DNA of 64,000 nucleotides. It comes from Stegostoma tigrinum (taxonomy: Eukaryota). Both the position numbers and the translations under genes were made by a program. The notes beneath the pieces were generated by a model. That model had not been told where the DNA came from, did not search any database, and was given only the letters and a program-made list of their open reading frames with translations. The DNA lies in contig NC_081396.1 of NCBI RefSeq assembly GCF_030684315.1, positions 1,054,001 through 1,118,000 on the forward strand, given 5' to 3'. Below are positions 38,773-49,050 of the stretch, piece by piece (the stretch's first letter is position 1; each line of letters opens with the position of its first letter).

Positions 38773-39288
38773 ATGTGGTCACCGAAATTTCTCCCTTTTC
38801 TTCTTGCCTTAGTCTCCAGTGCGTAGGTCTAATTGCTTCTTTCAACTAAATTTTAACGTGGTTTTCAGTTTGTATGGACATATCTTTCCTGGGCTGTGTC
38901 GTGGGGAGTAGTGGCATGTGAGGAGAGAGGTAAAGATCTGGATTGATGCAATTTAATAAATTTTCCTTTCCGTTCCTTTACTAGGTGCCCAGTCGGAAGT
39001 ATTGTTGACCCAAATGGAGGCAGAGAGAGGCATTGCTGGACAGTCTCTGAGACTGACATGTAAAGCCAGTGGGTTTGATCTGAATGCATACGATATGTAC
39101 TGGTATCGAAAAAGTCCTGGGAATGCCCCTCAATGGCTAGTTCGGTACTATACTGAAGTAAGCAAACATTTTAATCCAGAGTTTGGAAAGCGAGTTGCTG
39201 CTTACAAAGACGTTACAAACAATATGTTCACTTTGGATATCAGACCATTGAGGATTTCGGATAGCGCAATATATTATTGTGCAATGAG
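38773..39288 (+). CDS. IgVH-like V segment (TAILV-like), apparently functional (leader 38773-38818, V exon 38985-39288)
   Basis: MWSPKFLPFLLALVSSAQS-EVLLTQMEAERGIAGQSLRLTCKASGFDLNAYDMYWYRKSPGNAPQWLV...DSAIYYCAM. 166-nt GT..AG intron, no stops. Confidence 0.92.
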
Positions 39289-39327
39289 CACAGTAAGACA
39301 GATCAGACCCAAGCATGTACAAAAACC
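39289..39327 (+). promoter_or_regulatory. 23-RSS of the IgVH-like V at 38773
   Basis: CACAGTA, 23-nt spacer, consensus ACAAAAACC. Confidence 0.95.
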
Positions 39328-40404
39328 CACAAGTGGAAATATAACATGTTCTTCAGTGCTCACTCAGAGAACCAACACACAAATCATCAACAGCAGCTCA
39401 CAGCATAGGATGGTATCACAGCATCATGGGCCAAGGCTCAGGCTCTCACTCTCTCTCTTTCTCTGTCTCTGTGCGTGTGTGCTTGTGTATGATTGTGTAT
39501 GCGTGAATGCGTGAATGAGTGCACGTTTGTGTGTGCTTTTTGTATTTAATGCTGCGTAATAATGTATGTATGAATACATAGAGATTCAGCAGAACAGTGA
39601 AGTTTATATCAAATCCGACAGTACCATATATCAATTTCGCCATCCTGATATATTCGGACCCTCTCGTCAGTCTCTTACTTTAGCTAGTTTCAGTTTCAAC
39701 TTCATTCTCACCTTCTGTTCAGTTCCCATTGTGTGGCTGAACTCAACCCGAATTTGACTGGAGGCTCCGTAATAGAAACAGAAAGACAGTCAGATCCATG
39801 ACAGTTAATTTAATCTCAGTTTGAAAAATAGTCTTTTTTTCCAGTTGCATTTTGCACATGATAAATTTCATGAATGACTTCAATACTGAACTCTAGGTTT
39901 ATATTAACTCGTGCCTAAGTGCTGTCAGGTGGTTGCTTTCATCTCGCCCTTGAATAGGAGTGTTCACACGCCAATTCCCGCTTTAGTCTGTTGTTCATAA
40001 TCAGTAGGAGAATCAATGGTATATTTGTGTTTATCACTCCTGTAATTAGATCATGAAAGTGATGATGCGATTAACATTGATAATTCTCTTTTATCTTGAA
40101 TGGAATTACAACAGGTCAGTTGCACTTTTGATTCTGAGGAGCTACCAATGAGCAGTTGCACAGTAGCTCTGTTTAAAATCGATTTCAGTTCTAGATTCAC
40201 TTGCTGTAGAGTTGACAAATGACATCTCTGAAAACTTTGCTTAGAAATGGGTACTTTTTAGATTATCACCAGTGACAATTCTTGTAATATTTTCAAATTG
40301 AACATGGGAGCTCCACAAAATTCACTTTGAGACAGCGATTGTTTCTCCTCTGTAATGTTGTTGGTGGTCAGCTGGCGGTGCTGTTAGTCTGCCTCCTGTC
40401 TCCC

Positions 40405-40550
40405 TAGAGTTTCTGTACAGTTGCGCTTTGAGTTGCTTCAGAGAGCTAATCATCAAGCGTTCAGTAGTATTGATGCCTCCAACAGTCAATATTCTGTGTT
40501 GTTGGTCCAGGTAAACAGTAGGCATATGTATCTTCGGCAGATGCCCTTCT
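40405..40550 (-). pseudogene. Inverted V relic, FR3/RSS part
   Basis: TVYLDQQHRILTVGGI... with an ACAGAAACT nonamer-like site. Homologous to 33865 and 46405. Confidence 0.5.
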
Positions 40551-42679
40551 TGGTGGAAGTGGCCATTGATTTAGAAGGTGCTGTCATTTTGCCTTATATT
40601 ACTTCCAAACTCTGAAAAACAAAAGCCTGTTTCACAAAATCATGAGTAAATGGAAATTGAACACAGACATGAATTTGACTGCTGAGAATCGCAACTAAAA
40701 CGCAATTGGGATGATAGCATTCATGCTGAAGATAACCAATGCTTATGCTATCTTCGTCTTCATGTCATATCAACTGCACAACACCATTGAAATAAACAGG
40801 AGAACTACTTTTAGTATTGCGTTACTGGCCAGTTCAGGAAACTCAACTGTTATATCTGCTCTAAAAGTCTAAATGAAAAAAAAATCCTGGATCTTCCACA
40901 CCCGTTCTCTCATAAATGCTCATGTGTCTCTGTGGGTAAAATTTTCGATCAATCTTTATTTGTGCATAGTTATTTCGATGGCTTTGTATTTGTTTCTCAA
41001 TGTGTGTGCATGTGCTGCAGTGTACTGTTCTGTCCATTACAGTGTCTGACTATAAACCTGTACAAAAAATTAGAAATGTTCACTTGCAGGTTTGTATGAC
41101 ATGTCTAATGTCCAATGTCATTCCAGAATTAACTGGGCTATGTATTGGGAGATACATCAATTGGACATATGACTGTGGAAATGATCAGGGATTCAATCAG
41201 AAGGAGCGCAACAATCCAGAGCACATTTCAAATCGACAACAGCAACAACTCACGGACAAGGACAGCGTGCAGCCTTTGCTTCTCTCCATTCACATAACCA
41301 CCTTATAGTCATACATTCACTGTTGATATTATCATGTTCCTTTTCCTCTTTGTCTATCTTTGTTCAGATGCATGTGACTCCAATCAGGTGTATCCCTTCC
41401 TCCGATGCCAACTTCCAGGAGTCAGAGCCCATAGTTTGTCAAGAGAGTGTATTTGCTCAGTGTGAGATTGTGGATAAACGTTGGCTTGTACGCAACGCAC
41501 AGATATCGCAATGTGACGATTCTGAACTGTATAACAGGATCCATCTGTCTCCTGACTGCTGGGAAAGTTGCTTATTTTCTTGAATTGCTCATAACAAGTA
41601 ATAGTTCTGGAATTCAGTCCATCTTTGGAGTATAACGCGAGGAGTTACTCCCATTAAAACTTCATGAATGTAACAAAAATGTGCGTAATTTTATTGTCTG
41701 ACTCAAGAATTCCTGAGAAATCAGTGCGAGCAACCTTGTTTTGTGTCTGTCAGCATTAGAACAATATAAGTGAGGATATAAATCAGCTGGGTGAAAGTTT
41801 GCTGTGACATTCTCCTAATATAATTAACTTTGAGTCAAGAGGCCAACCTTCAACTGCCGCATGCTGTCAAGATATATGATGCAAACCTGACAGAGTACAT
41901 GGAGAAATTAACCACCTCACATTACTTCCACCCCATGGGCGTGGAATAGATAATCAACAGACACGACAAAGCATTTCTTCATCAGATGAAACTGAACTTG
42001 TTAAATTATTTGCCATAGGGCCTGTTCTGTAAGCATGCTCAAGAGTAATACAGGGGTAGAAATGCTGCACAGCCTGGAACTATAGCCTCTGTGGGATCAT
42101 ATATTCAGAACACATGAATGGAAACAAAATAGACTCTGATTGGAGTTGATCAGTAGCATGTGGAAAGAATGCTTCCTCTTGTGGGAGAATGAAGAATCAG
42201 GAGCAGGAGGTTAAAACAAATAGGCAGCACCCTTTAATGTCAGCAATGTGGGCACTTTTTCAAATTCAGTAGACTGTGAATTCTTGCGAAGTCTTTTGTG
42301 GTAAGGTAGTTAATGCAGAATGTTGAAGCATTTTTAAGGCAGATGTAAGTAGATTCTTGACAACAAAGAGATGGAAGATTTTCAAGAACATGCAGCGATG
42401 TAGAGTTGAAGTTAACATCGTATCAGCCACGATGTTATTCATTGGTAGAGGATGCTTTTAAGTGCCGACTGACCTTCTTCTGTAGCCTCTTTAAGTGTTC
42501 ATATCATCAGGACAGTCAATTCGTGCGCCAATTTCTCAGCCATATGAAATGCCGATTTTGAGTTAATCAGTTCAATTATCCTCTGCGTCTCCATTGTAGA
42601 ATTTGAAGTGTATCAGTTTTGTCACTCCAGTGTTGTGCAGCTCAAAGTCTTTCAAATTCAATGCCTTATCAGTATCTTT

Positions 42680-43020
42680 CTGGCAACCAGTCTGGTTGGC
42701 CACTGAAAAGCCAGTGGTACAGGTGGATAGTCATTAGACGATCGCCCTCAACTGTTTCTACAGAGATGTAGAGAGTGCCTTCCTGTGATAGGACTGGGTG
42801 ACTCGCTAGTTTGGACACAAAAATATTGTCACCCGCTCTATAGATGGCTCCCATGGAAGTGCGACATTTGTCAGAAGTCACTTCCTCTTTTCTCTGGACC
42901 AAGCCTACAAAGTTGCCAGTTGAAGTGTCTCACAGCTGTCGGATGAAGATCACGGCAAATATTTCTGAATCACAACCGTGCTCATAGTCCTAAATTGTTG
43001 GAATAATGCTTTTCTAAACT
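42680..43020 (+). pseudogene. Degenerate TCR-type V relic (plus-strand old family)
   Basis: IALNCFYRDVESAFL*...FVRSHFLFSLDQAYKVAS*SVSQLSDEDHGKYF*, then CATAGTC. Confidence 0.75.
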
Positions 43021-44379
43021 GATCTGAATGTAGACTCTCTGAGAGAAAAGAGCACCTGCGTTTTACGCGGTCATATTCAACGTCATTGTGTGCAACAGAG
43101 AATGAATGGATGATGCAAACAAAGTAGATTAAACAAGCATGGAAAAAGGGGAGACCGGGGAGACAGACTGACAAATGCATGTGACAAGACTCAGAAAGAT
43201 ACCCAGCATTAGAAATAGGCATTCGGAAAGATAAACTGTCAAGCATATATGTAGAATATTAGAGATAGATAGTTGGATAGACGGATAGATAGATAGGTAG
43301 ACAGATACAGAAGAGAGAGAGATGGAGTTAGACAGACAGACAGGCAAGCAGTGTTGCCTTTCACAATTCCAATACATACAGGCTGGCAGCAGGGGCTGAG
43401 ATTGTCTCACTTTCAACAACTACTGATGGAACAAAGACACAGAGGCTTTCACTCTGTTTGTTCCAAATAAAACTCCTGACAACTATCTCCGAGTGGAGAC
43501 AAAGAATCATGCTCTCAAAATATGACCCCCAGTCCCTCTGTAACTTGCGTGCACATCTGGACAGATAAGGATACGACATGATTGTAAAGATTCAACAGAA
43601 TTGCACACAACTACTTTATGGCATGAAAATGATGCTTAACAAATTTCCGAGAGTCCTTTTTTTGAGGGATCTAACTAATAGAAGAAATAATGTTGATTTA
43701 CTGTATTTGTTAGATTGAATTTCCATAAAGCTTTTGAAAAAATTCTTATTAAGACATCAGTAATTCGCTGTCAGTCTCAATGTTATTGCGATATAATGTT
43801 GTCATGAAAGGCGAAGCAGTAGGCCTATAGGAAACGAGATTTAGAAAAATAAATGAGTCTTTTTTCTACCGAATGTAAATGGGTGACCATTGACTTCTCA
43901 GATTATCGCTATGCTTCTAACATAGTTATGAAAACTCTGAAATCATTTCCAAATGCCTTGAGATAATTTTGTCAGACAGAGTCCGAATCGAATGCTGGTT
44001 TGTGTCTTCATATGTTACGTATAGGACCGAACTGTTGCAATGACTGTTCACACATATGAAGTTATTTATATAAATAAACGATATTTTTGAAATGTTAACA
44101 AATAATCAGACAGTGACTGCCAATTCACTTAATCTCCAACGTCTGGAATGTGCTGTCCTGCACGCCAGCCCAATCGAGAAGGTAGAACACCCCGCTGTAT
44201 TTCCATCATACGACAATCCCCATGTGCTGACATCCGATGTGAATGGCAGACAGCCAATCTCGTGTGTTCTCTAACACACTACCTCTTCTTCTGATTCATA
44301 AAACCTTGTGAGTGTGGATCCGAATCCAACAGTTAGCAAACCTGCCTTTTCAGTGATTGACTGGATGACAGACTGTCTC

Positions 44380-44927
44380 ATTGTCACCAAGGATTCTCCC
44401 TCTGCTTCTTGCTTTCGTCTCCAGTGCCTAGGTCTAACTGCTTCTTTCAACTAAATTTTGACGTGATTTTCAGTTTCTATCGAAATATCTTTCCAGGGCT
44501 GTGTGGTGGAGTGTAGTGTCATGTGAGGGGAGAGTTACAAGATCTGGATTCATGCAATTTAAGTAATTTCCCTTTCTTTTACTGGGGGCCCAGTCGGAAG
44601 TATTGTTGACTCAAATTGAGGCAGAGGCAGGCATTGCCGGATCGCCTCTGAGACTGACATGTAAAACCAGCGGGTTTGACCTGAATGTATACACGATGTA
44701 CTGGTATCGACAAAGTCCTGGGAATGGGCCATAATGGCTAGTTTGGTACTATTCTGAAGACAGCAAAGATTTTATTTCAGCGATTGAAAACCGATTTTCT
44801 GCTTCCAAAAATTTTACAAACTAAATCTTCACTTTGAACAACAGACAATTGAGTATTTCAGACAGCACAACATATTATTGTACAAGATCACAGTGAAACA
44901 GATAAGATGAAAATCTGGAGAAAAACC
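44380..44927 (+). pseudogene. IgVH-like V pseudogene (TAILV-like)
   Basis: Leader ATG deleted and acceptor AG changed to GG. V exon EVLLTQIEAEAGIAGSPLRLTCKTSGFDLNVYTMYWYRQ has two TAA stops. RSS CACAGTG 44889-44895, 23 nt, AGAAAAACC. Confidence 0.92.
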
Positions 44928-45990
44928 ACCGAGAGGAAATGTAACATTTTCTTCAGTGCTCAGACAGAGAACAAATACACACATCATCAATTTCCTACAA
45001 TAGAATTGTTGCTAAATAATATTTACTAAANNNNNNNNNNNNNNNNNNNNNNNNNNNNNNNNNNNNNNNNNNNNNNNNNNNNNNNNNNNNNNNNNNNNNN
45101 NNNNNNNNNNNNNNNNNNNNNNNNNNNNNNNNNNNNNNNNNNNNNNNNNNNNNNNNNNNNNNTTGCTGAGAACACAACATGGCTGTTGTTTTTTTTGTGT
45201 GTATGTCTGAGTGTGTGTGTGTACGAATGTGTATGTGTGAATATATGCATATGTGCACCATTGTGTTTTGAGAGTGTGTGTATCGGTGTGTGATAATGTG
45301 TGTATGACTACGTAGAGATTCAGCGTATAATTTGTATCTAATCCTTCATTATTTTATATCAGACTCGCCGTCCTGATATATTCAGCCCCCTTTGTTGGAC
45401 TCTCACTTTCGCTAGTCTCAGTTTCTCCTTCATTCTGACCATTTGTTCTGTTCCCACTTTATTACTGACATTAATCTCCATTTGATTGAAGACCCCATCA
45501 TGTCAACATAAAGAAAAATCAGTTACACGACGGGGTATTGAATCGCAATTTCAAGAGTTTTCTTTTTCGTTGCTTGTCTCACATGATAACTTTCGTTACT
45601 GACTGCAATACTGTACTTTAGATTTAAATTAAGTTGATTCTGTGTCATCCCATGTCTTTTCTTTTGTGCAGTGTTTGAATAGAAGTGTTCGTATGACGCT
45701 TCTTACTTTGGCCTGTTGTGCTTAATCATGAGGAGAACGACTGTTTATTTCGGTTTTGCAGTCCTGTCAAAACGACATCAAGATAGAGGTGCAATGAACA
45801 TTAATTGTTCTCATTATCCTGAAAAGAAGCAATACAGGTGAGCTACAATTTAAATTCTGACGAGCTACCAATGTGCAGTGATAGAATCCCTACGTTTGTT
45901 TCAAATGCATTCCACTTCTAGATTCACTTGCTGTAGAGGTGTCTAATAATATATTCGAATAACTTTGCATAGAAAAGAGAAATCTTTTAT

Positions 45991-46257
45991 CATAGAACAC
46001 CTACTGTGTGTGGAAAAGCTCTGCAGCTCAGAATGTCAACAGCTACACATCCCCTATAACCTACCTAATCTCCACATCTCGGAACACTGAGGGAGCTTTA
46101 GCACAGCCAATCCACCTTGCCTGCACATCTTTAGAATGTGGGAAGAAAGGCACACAGACACGGGGATCATGTGCAAATTCCACACAAACATTCGCCTTGT
46201 AGTGGAATCGAAATCGGTGACCAGGCACTCTAAGGTAGCAGTGCTAACCACTGAGCC
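45991..46257 (-). mobile_element. V-SINE (HE1-like), decayed
   Basis: Ends GCAGTGCTAACCACTGAGCCA (SINE head, reverse complement) and the central domain is recognisable. Confidence 0.8.
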
Positions 46258-46404
46258 AGCTTGAAAGTCTCACCAGTGACAATTCACATCATAATTGCAC
46301 ATTGAACAGGGGTGTTCCACAAAATTCACTTTCAGTCAGCGATTGTTGCTCCTCTGTTTTGTTGCTGATGGTGACGAAGCTGTTCATCTGACTCCTGTCT
46401 GCCT

Positions 46405-46560
46405 TGAGTGTCTCCACTGTTGCCCTTTGAATTGTAACATGGTGCTAACCACCAAGCAGTGCTAACTGGCAGTAGCACCCTTCCCGATGTCTGCAAGCGT
46501 CAAACTACTGTGTTGTTGATCCAGGTGAAGAGTGGCCAAATCGATTTGCTGCAGGTGCCC
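46405..46560 (-). pseudogene. Inverted V relic, FR3/RSS part
   Basis: ATLHLDQQHSSLTLADIGKGATAS*HCLVV then CACCATG on the minus strand. Confidence 0.6.
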
Positions 46561-47069
46561 CTTCTAGTTGAAAGTGGCCTTTAGTTCAGATTTACTGTCA
46601 TTTTGGCCTTTGCTTATTTCTCAAATCTTAGAAATGACGGCATGGTCTACAAGACCACCGATAATGTTGTCTCAAAATGGAAATTTGAAAATATGACATG
46701 ATGTTGACGGCTGAAAACTGCCTGGGATGAAGATAACCAGTTTTGATCCGACCTCTCGAAAGATTTTAAAGAATATGCTGTGATGTAAAGTTGAGGTTAA
46801 CATCATTTCAAACATTATCTCATTCAACTGTGGAGGATACTTGTAAGGCTGACCGACCTTCTCCTGTACCTTCATCTTCTGTTCGGGAAATCATAAAAAA
46901 AAGTAGCGTGCCAAATCCCTAGCCAAATGAAATGTTGATGTCAAAACAATCAGTTCAATTCTTCTTTGCCTCTCCTCTCTATAGTGTGAATCGTGTCAGT
47001 TTTGGTATTCCAATTTTCTGGGCATGATTGGCTTCCACACATAACGTCTTATCATCTGTGTCCTTCTCC

Positions 47070-47415
47070 GTGCCAGTCTGAATCGCTCATTATAACGGCA
47101 AAGGAACAGATGAACGCTAATAGTAGAGAGACTGTCACACTCAACTGTTTCTACACAGATGGTGAGAGTGTCTTCCAGCCTTAGGACTGGCTGCTCTCTC
47201 CCTTTGTCATTGTTAGATTATCATCTGCTCTCCTGTTGGCTTCAATGACAGTGCCACATATGTCAGAAGTCACTTCACATCTTCTCTGGCCAAAATCTAC
47301 AGTGTTGTAATATTAGCCATATCACAACTGTCAGATTCTGATCCCTAGAAATATTTCTGAAGGGCAACCATGCTCACACTCCTCAATTTAATGGAACAAT
47401 GTTAACACATACTGA
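47070..47415 (+). pseudogene. Degenerate TCR-type V relic (plus-strand old family)
   Basis: RETVTLNCFYTDGESVF... KYF* and a decayed RSS (CACACTC...ACACATACT). Confidence 0.7.
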
Positions 47416-48719
47416 TCTGATCGTAGAGTGTTTGAAAGGCAAGAATACCTGATATTTTACAAGGCACTGTTGAGCATCATTGAGTACAACAGAGCTTGAG
47501 TCGATTATATTAACATAATCGAACATACGAACATAGATAGAGAGGAAAACAGCGGGACAGGCCGACAAATGCATGTAACGACAAAAGGAAAGTCGGCCAT
47601 CGTGAGAAATAGTCACACAGAAAGCTGGACTGTCAAGCAATAAGATATAGTCATTGAGATACAGACAGACAGAGAGACAGACAGCTAGATAGACAGACAG
47701 ATTGATAGTCAGACAGACCGTTTAACGGATAGAAACTGGGCACATACACATATAAGAAAACCTTCGACTGATTGACAACATATCCAGAAGCGTTTGGCAA
47801 TGTTCCAATCTTCGAAAATGTTGTTACATGTTTTAATGTTATCTTTATTGACATTTAACATCTCTGTAATCCTCATGCTGATCTCCCCTGTATTCTTCAC
47901 AGTGACAAATTCCATAAACCCTACACTGCTCCTTGGCATGTGTTGTTTGTTTTTCCCATATTGGATATTATCTGCTGCTGATACTCTCTTTTTGGCTGTT
48001 TCCCTGGCGAATGCCCTGACTGATACTTCTACTGAGTGACAAGTGTAAATCCACGCAGTTTGGGTCCTAAGTTACTGCCTGCGGCACCCTTTGTGCCATG
48101 CATGGAGTTTGATTTTTTTCTTGCAAATTCTGTGTATTTGCTGCAAACTGAGAAGATTTCGATGCAAACCTGGTCGATGCAATAAAGTGTAAATTTGATT
48201 TCTTTCCTTAGGATCCCAGAATCTTCCCACACTATCAATTAATTCCAGCAACAGAATGGGAGCTGTCTCGATGTGGTCAGTTGGGGTCCAGCTGCATTGC
48301 TGCTCCTGACATGCATGATTTGGCTATTTGCAGTTTTGTAATCTCTCAACAGGGCACAAGAAACGGGATTGGGGAGAAATGGGTATTTTCTACCGAAATT
48401 AAATGGAAGTGCATTCGCTTATCAGATATTTTTCATTGTTTCTAAGTATACTATTGAATAAGTAAGAAATACCTTGCGACTGTTTGCTGGATAGAGATGC
48501 ACTCCAATGCTTGCTTTTTTGTTCATATAATGAAAGACTTCTGTCTTTAATTGTCGTTCAAAAGAAATATCCGAACAGAAATGTCAAAGTTTCTGCTGTT
48601 CTAATGCTGCTTAACCTGCTGTGCTCCTCCAGCTCCACACTGTGCTATCTCTGACTCCAGCATTGGCAATTCTGACTATCTCCCATTGTGCAATTGACAT
48701 TTGTTTTCTTTTTTACGTC

Positions 48720-49050
48720 AGAGTGATGGGGATTTAGTCAGAGATCTTTATGAGGGATGAGAGGCAGTGACTCTTAGCTGTACCTATGTTACTGCATCGA
48801 GAAGCTATGTCTTATTCTGATGTGAACAGTAGCCAGACACATGAAACGAGCATAGACTGAGCAAAAGTGCAGCTCGTAAAGTGCAGAAAGCAGAATCTGC
48901 TGAAGATAAATTTTCTCTAGGTTATAAATACCTCGAAGAAATTCACCAGTTTGACTACACCTGGCCGACAGCTGTAACACCCTGTCATGTAATACTGTGC
49001 TTTATTCACCAATGAGAAGCAATCTCAACCCTGTTTTTTTTTAAAAAGAA
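48720..49050 (+). pseudogene. TRAV/TRDV-type V pseudogene
   Basis: Direct paralogue of 8522-8840 with the same stop at the conserved Trp and the same loss of the heptamer. Confidence 0.85.

Noticed and set aside
32021-39327. Interpretation as NAR-TCR V or as a conventional IgM/IgW cluster
   Set aside because: The domains have full VH-type FR2/CDR2 rather than the shortened VNAR form, and no D, J (FGxG/WGxG with RSS) or C exon was found after them.
39002-39514. 170-aa ORF with a hydrophobic C-terminus suggesting a V-plus-TM receptor
   Set aside because: It is read-through of the germline V across its RSS into a CT/GT microsatellite. The other copies stop at or near the RSS.
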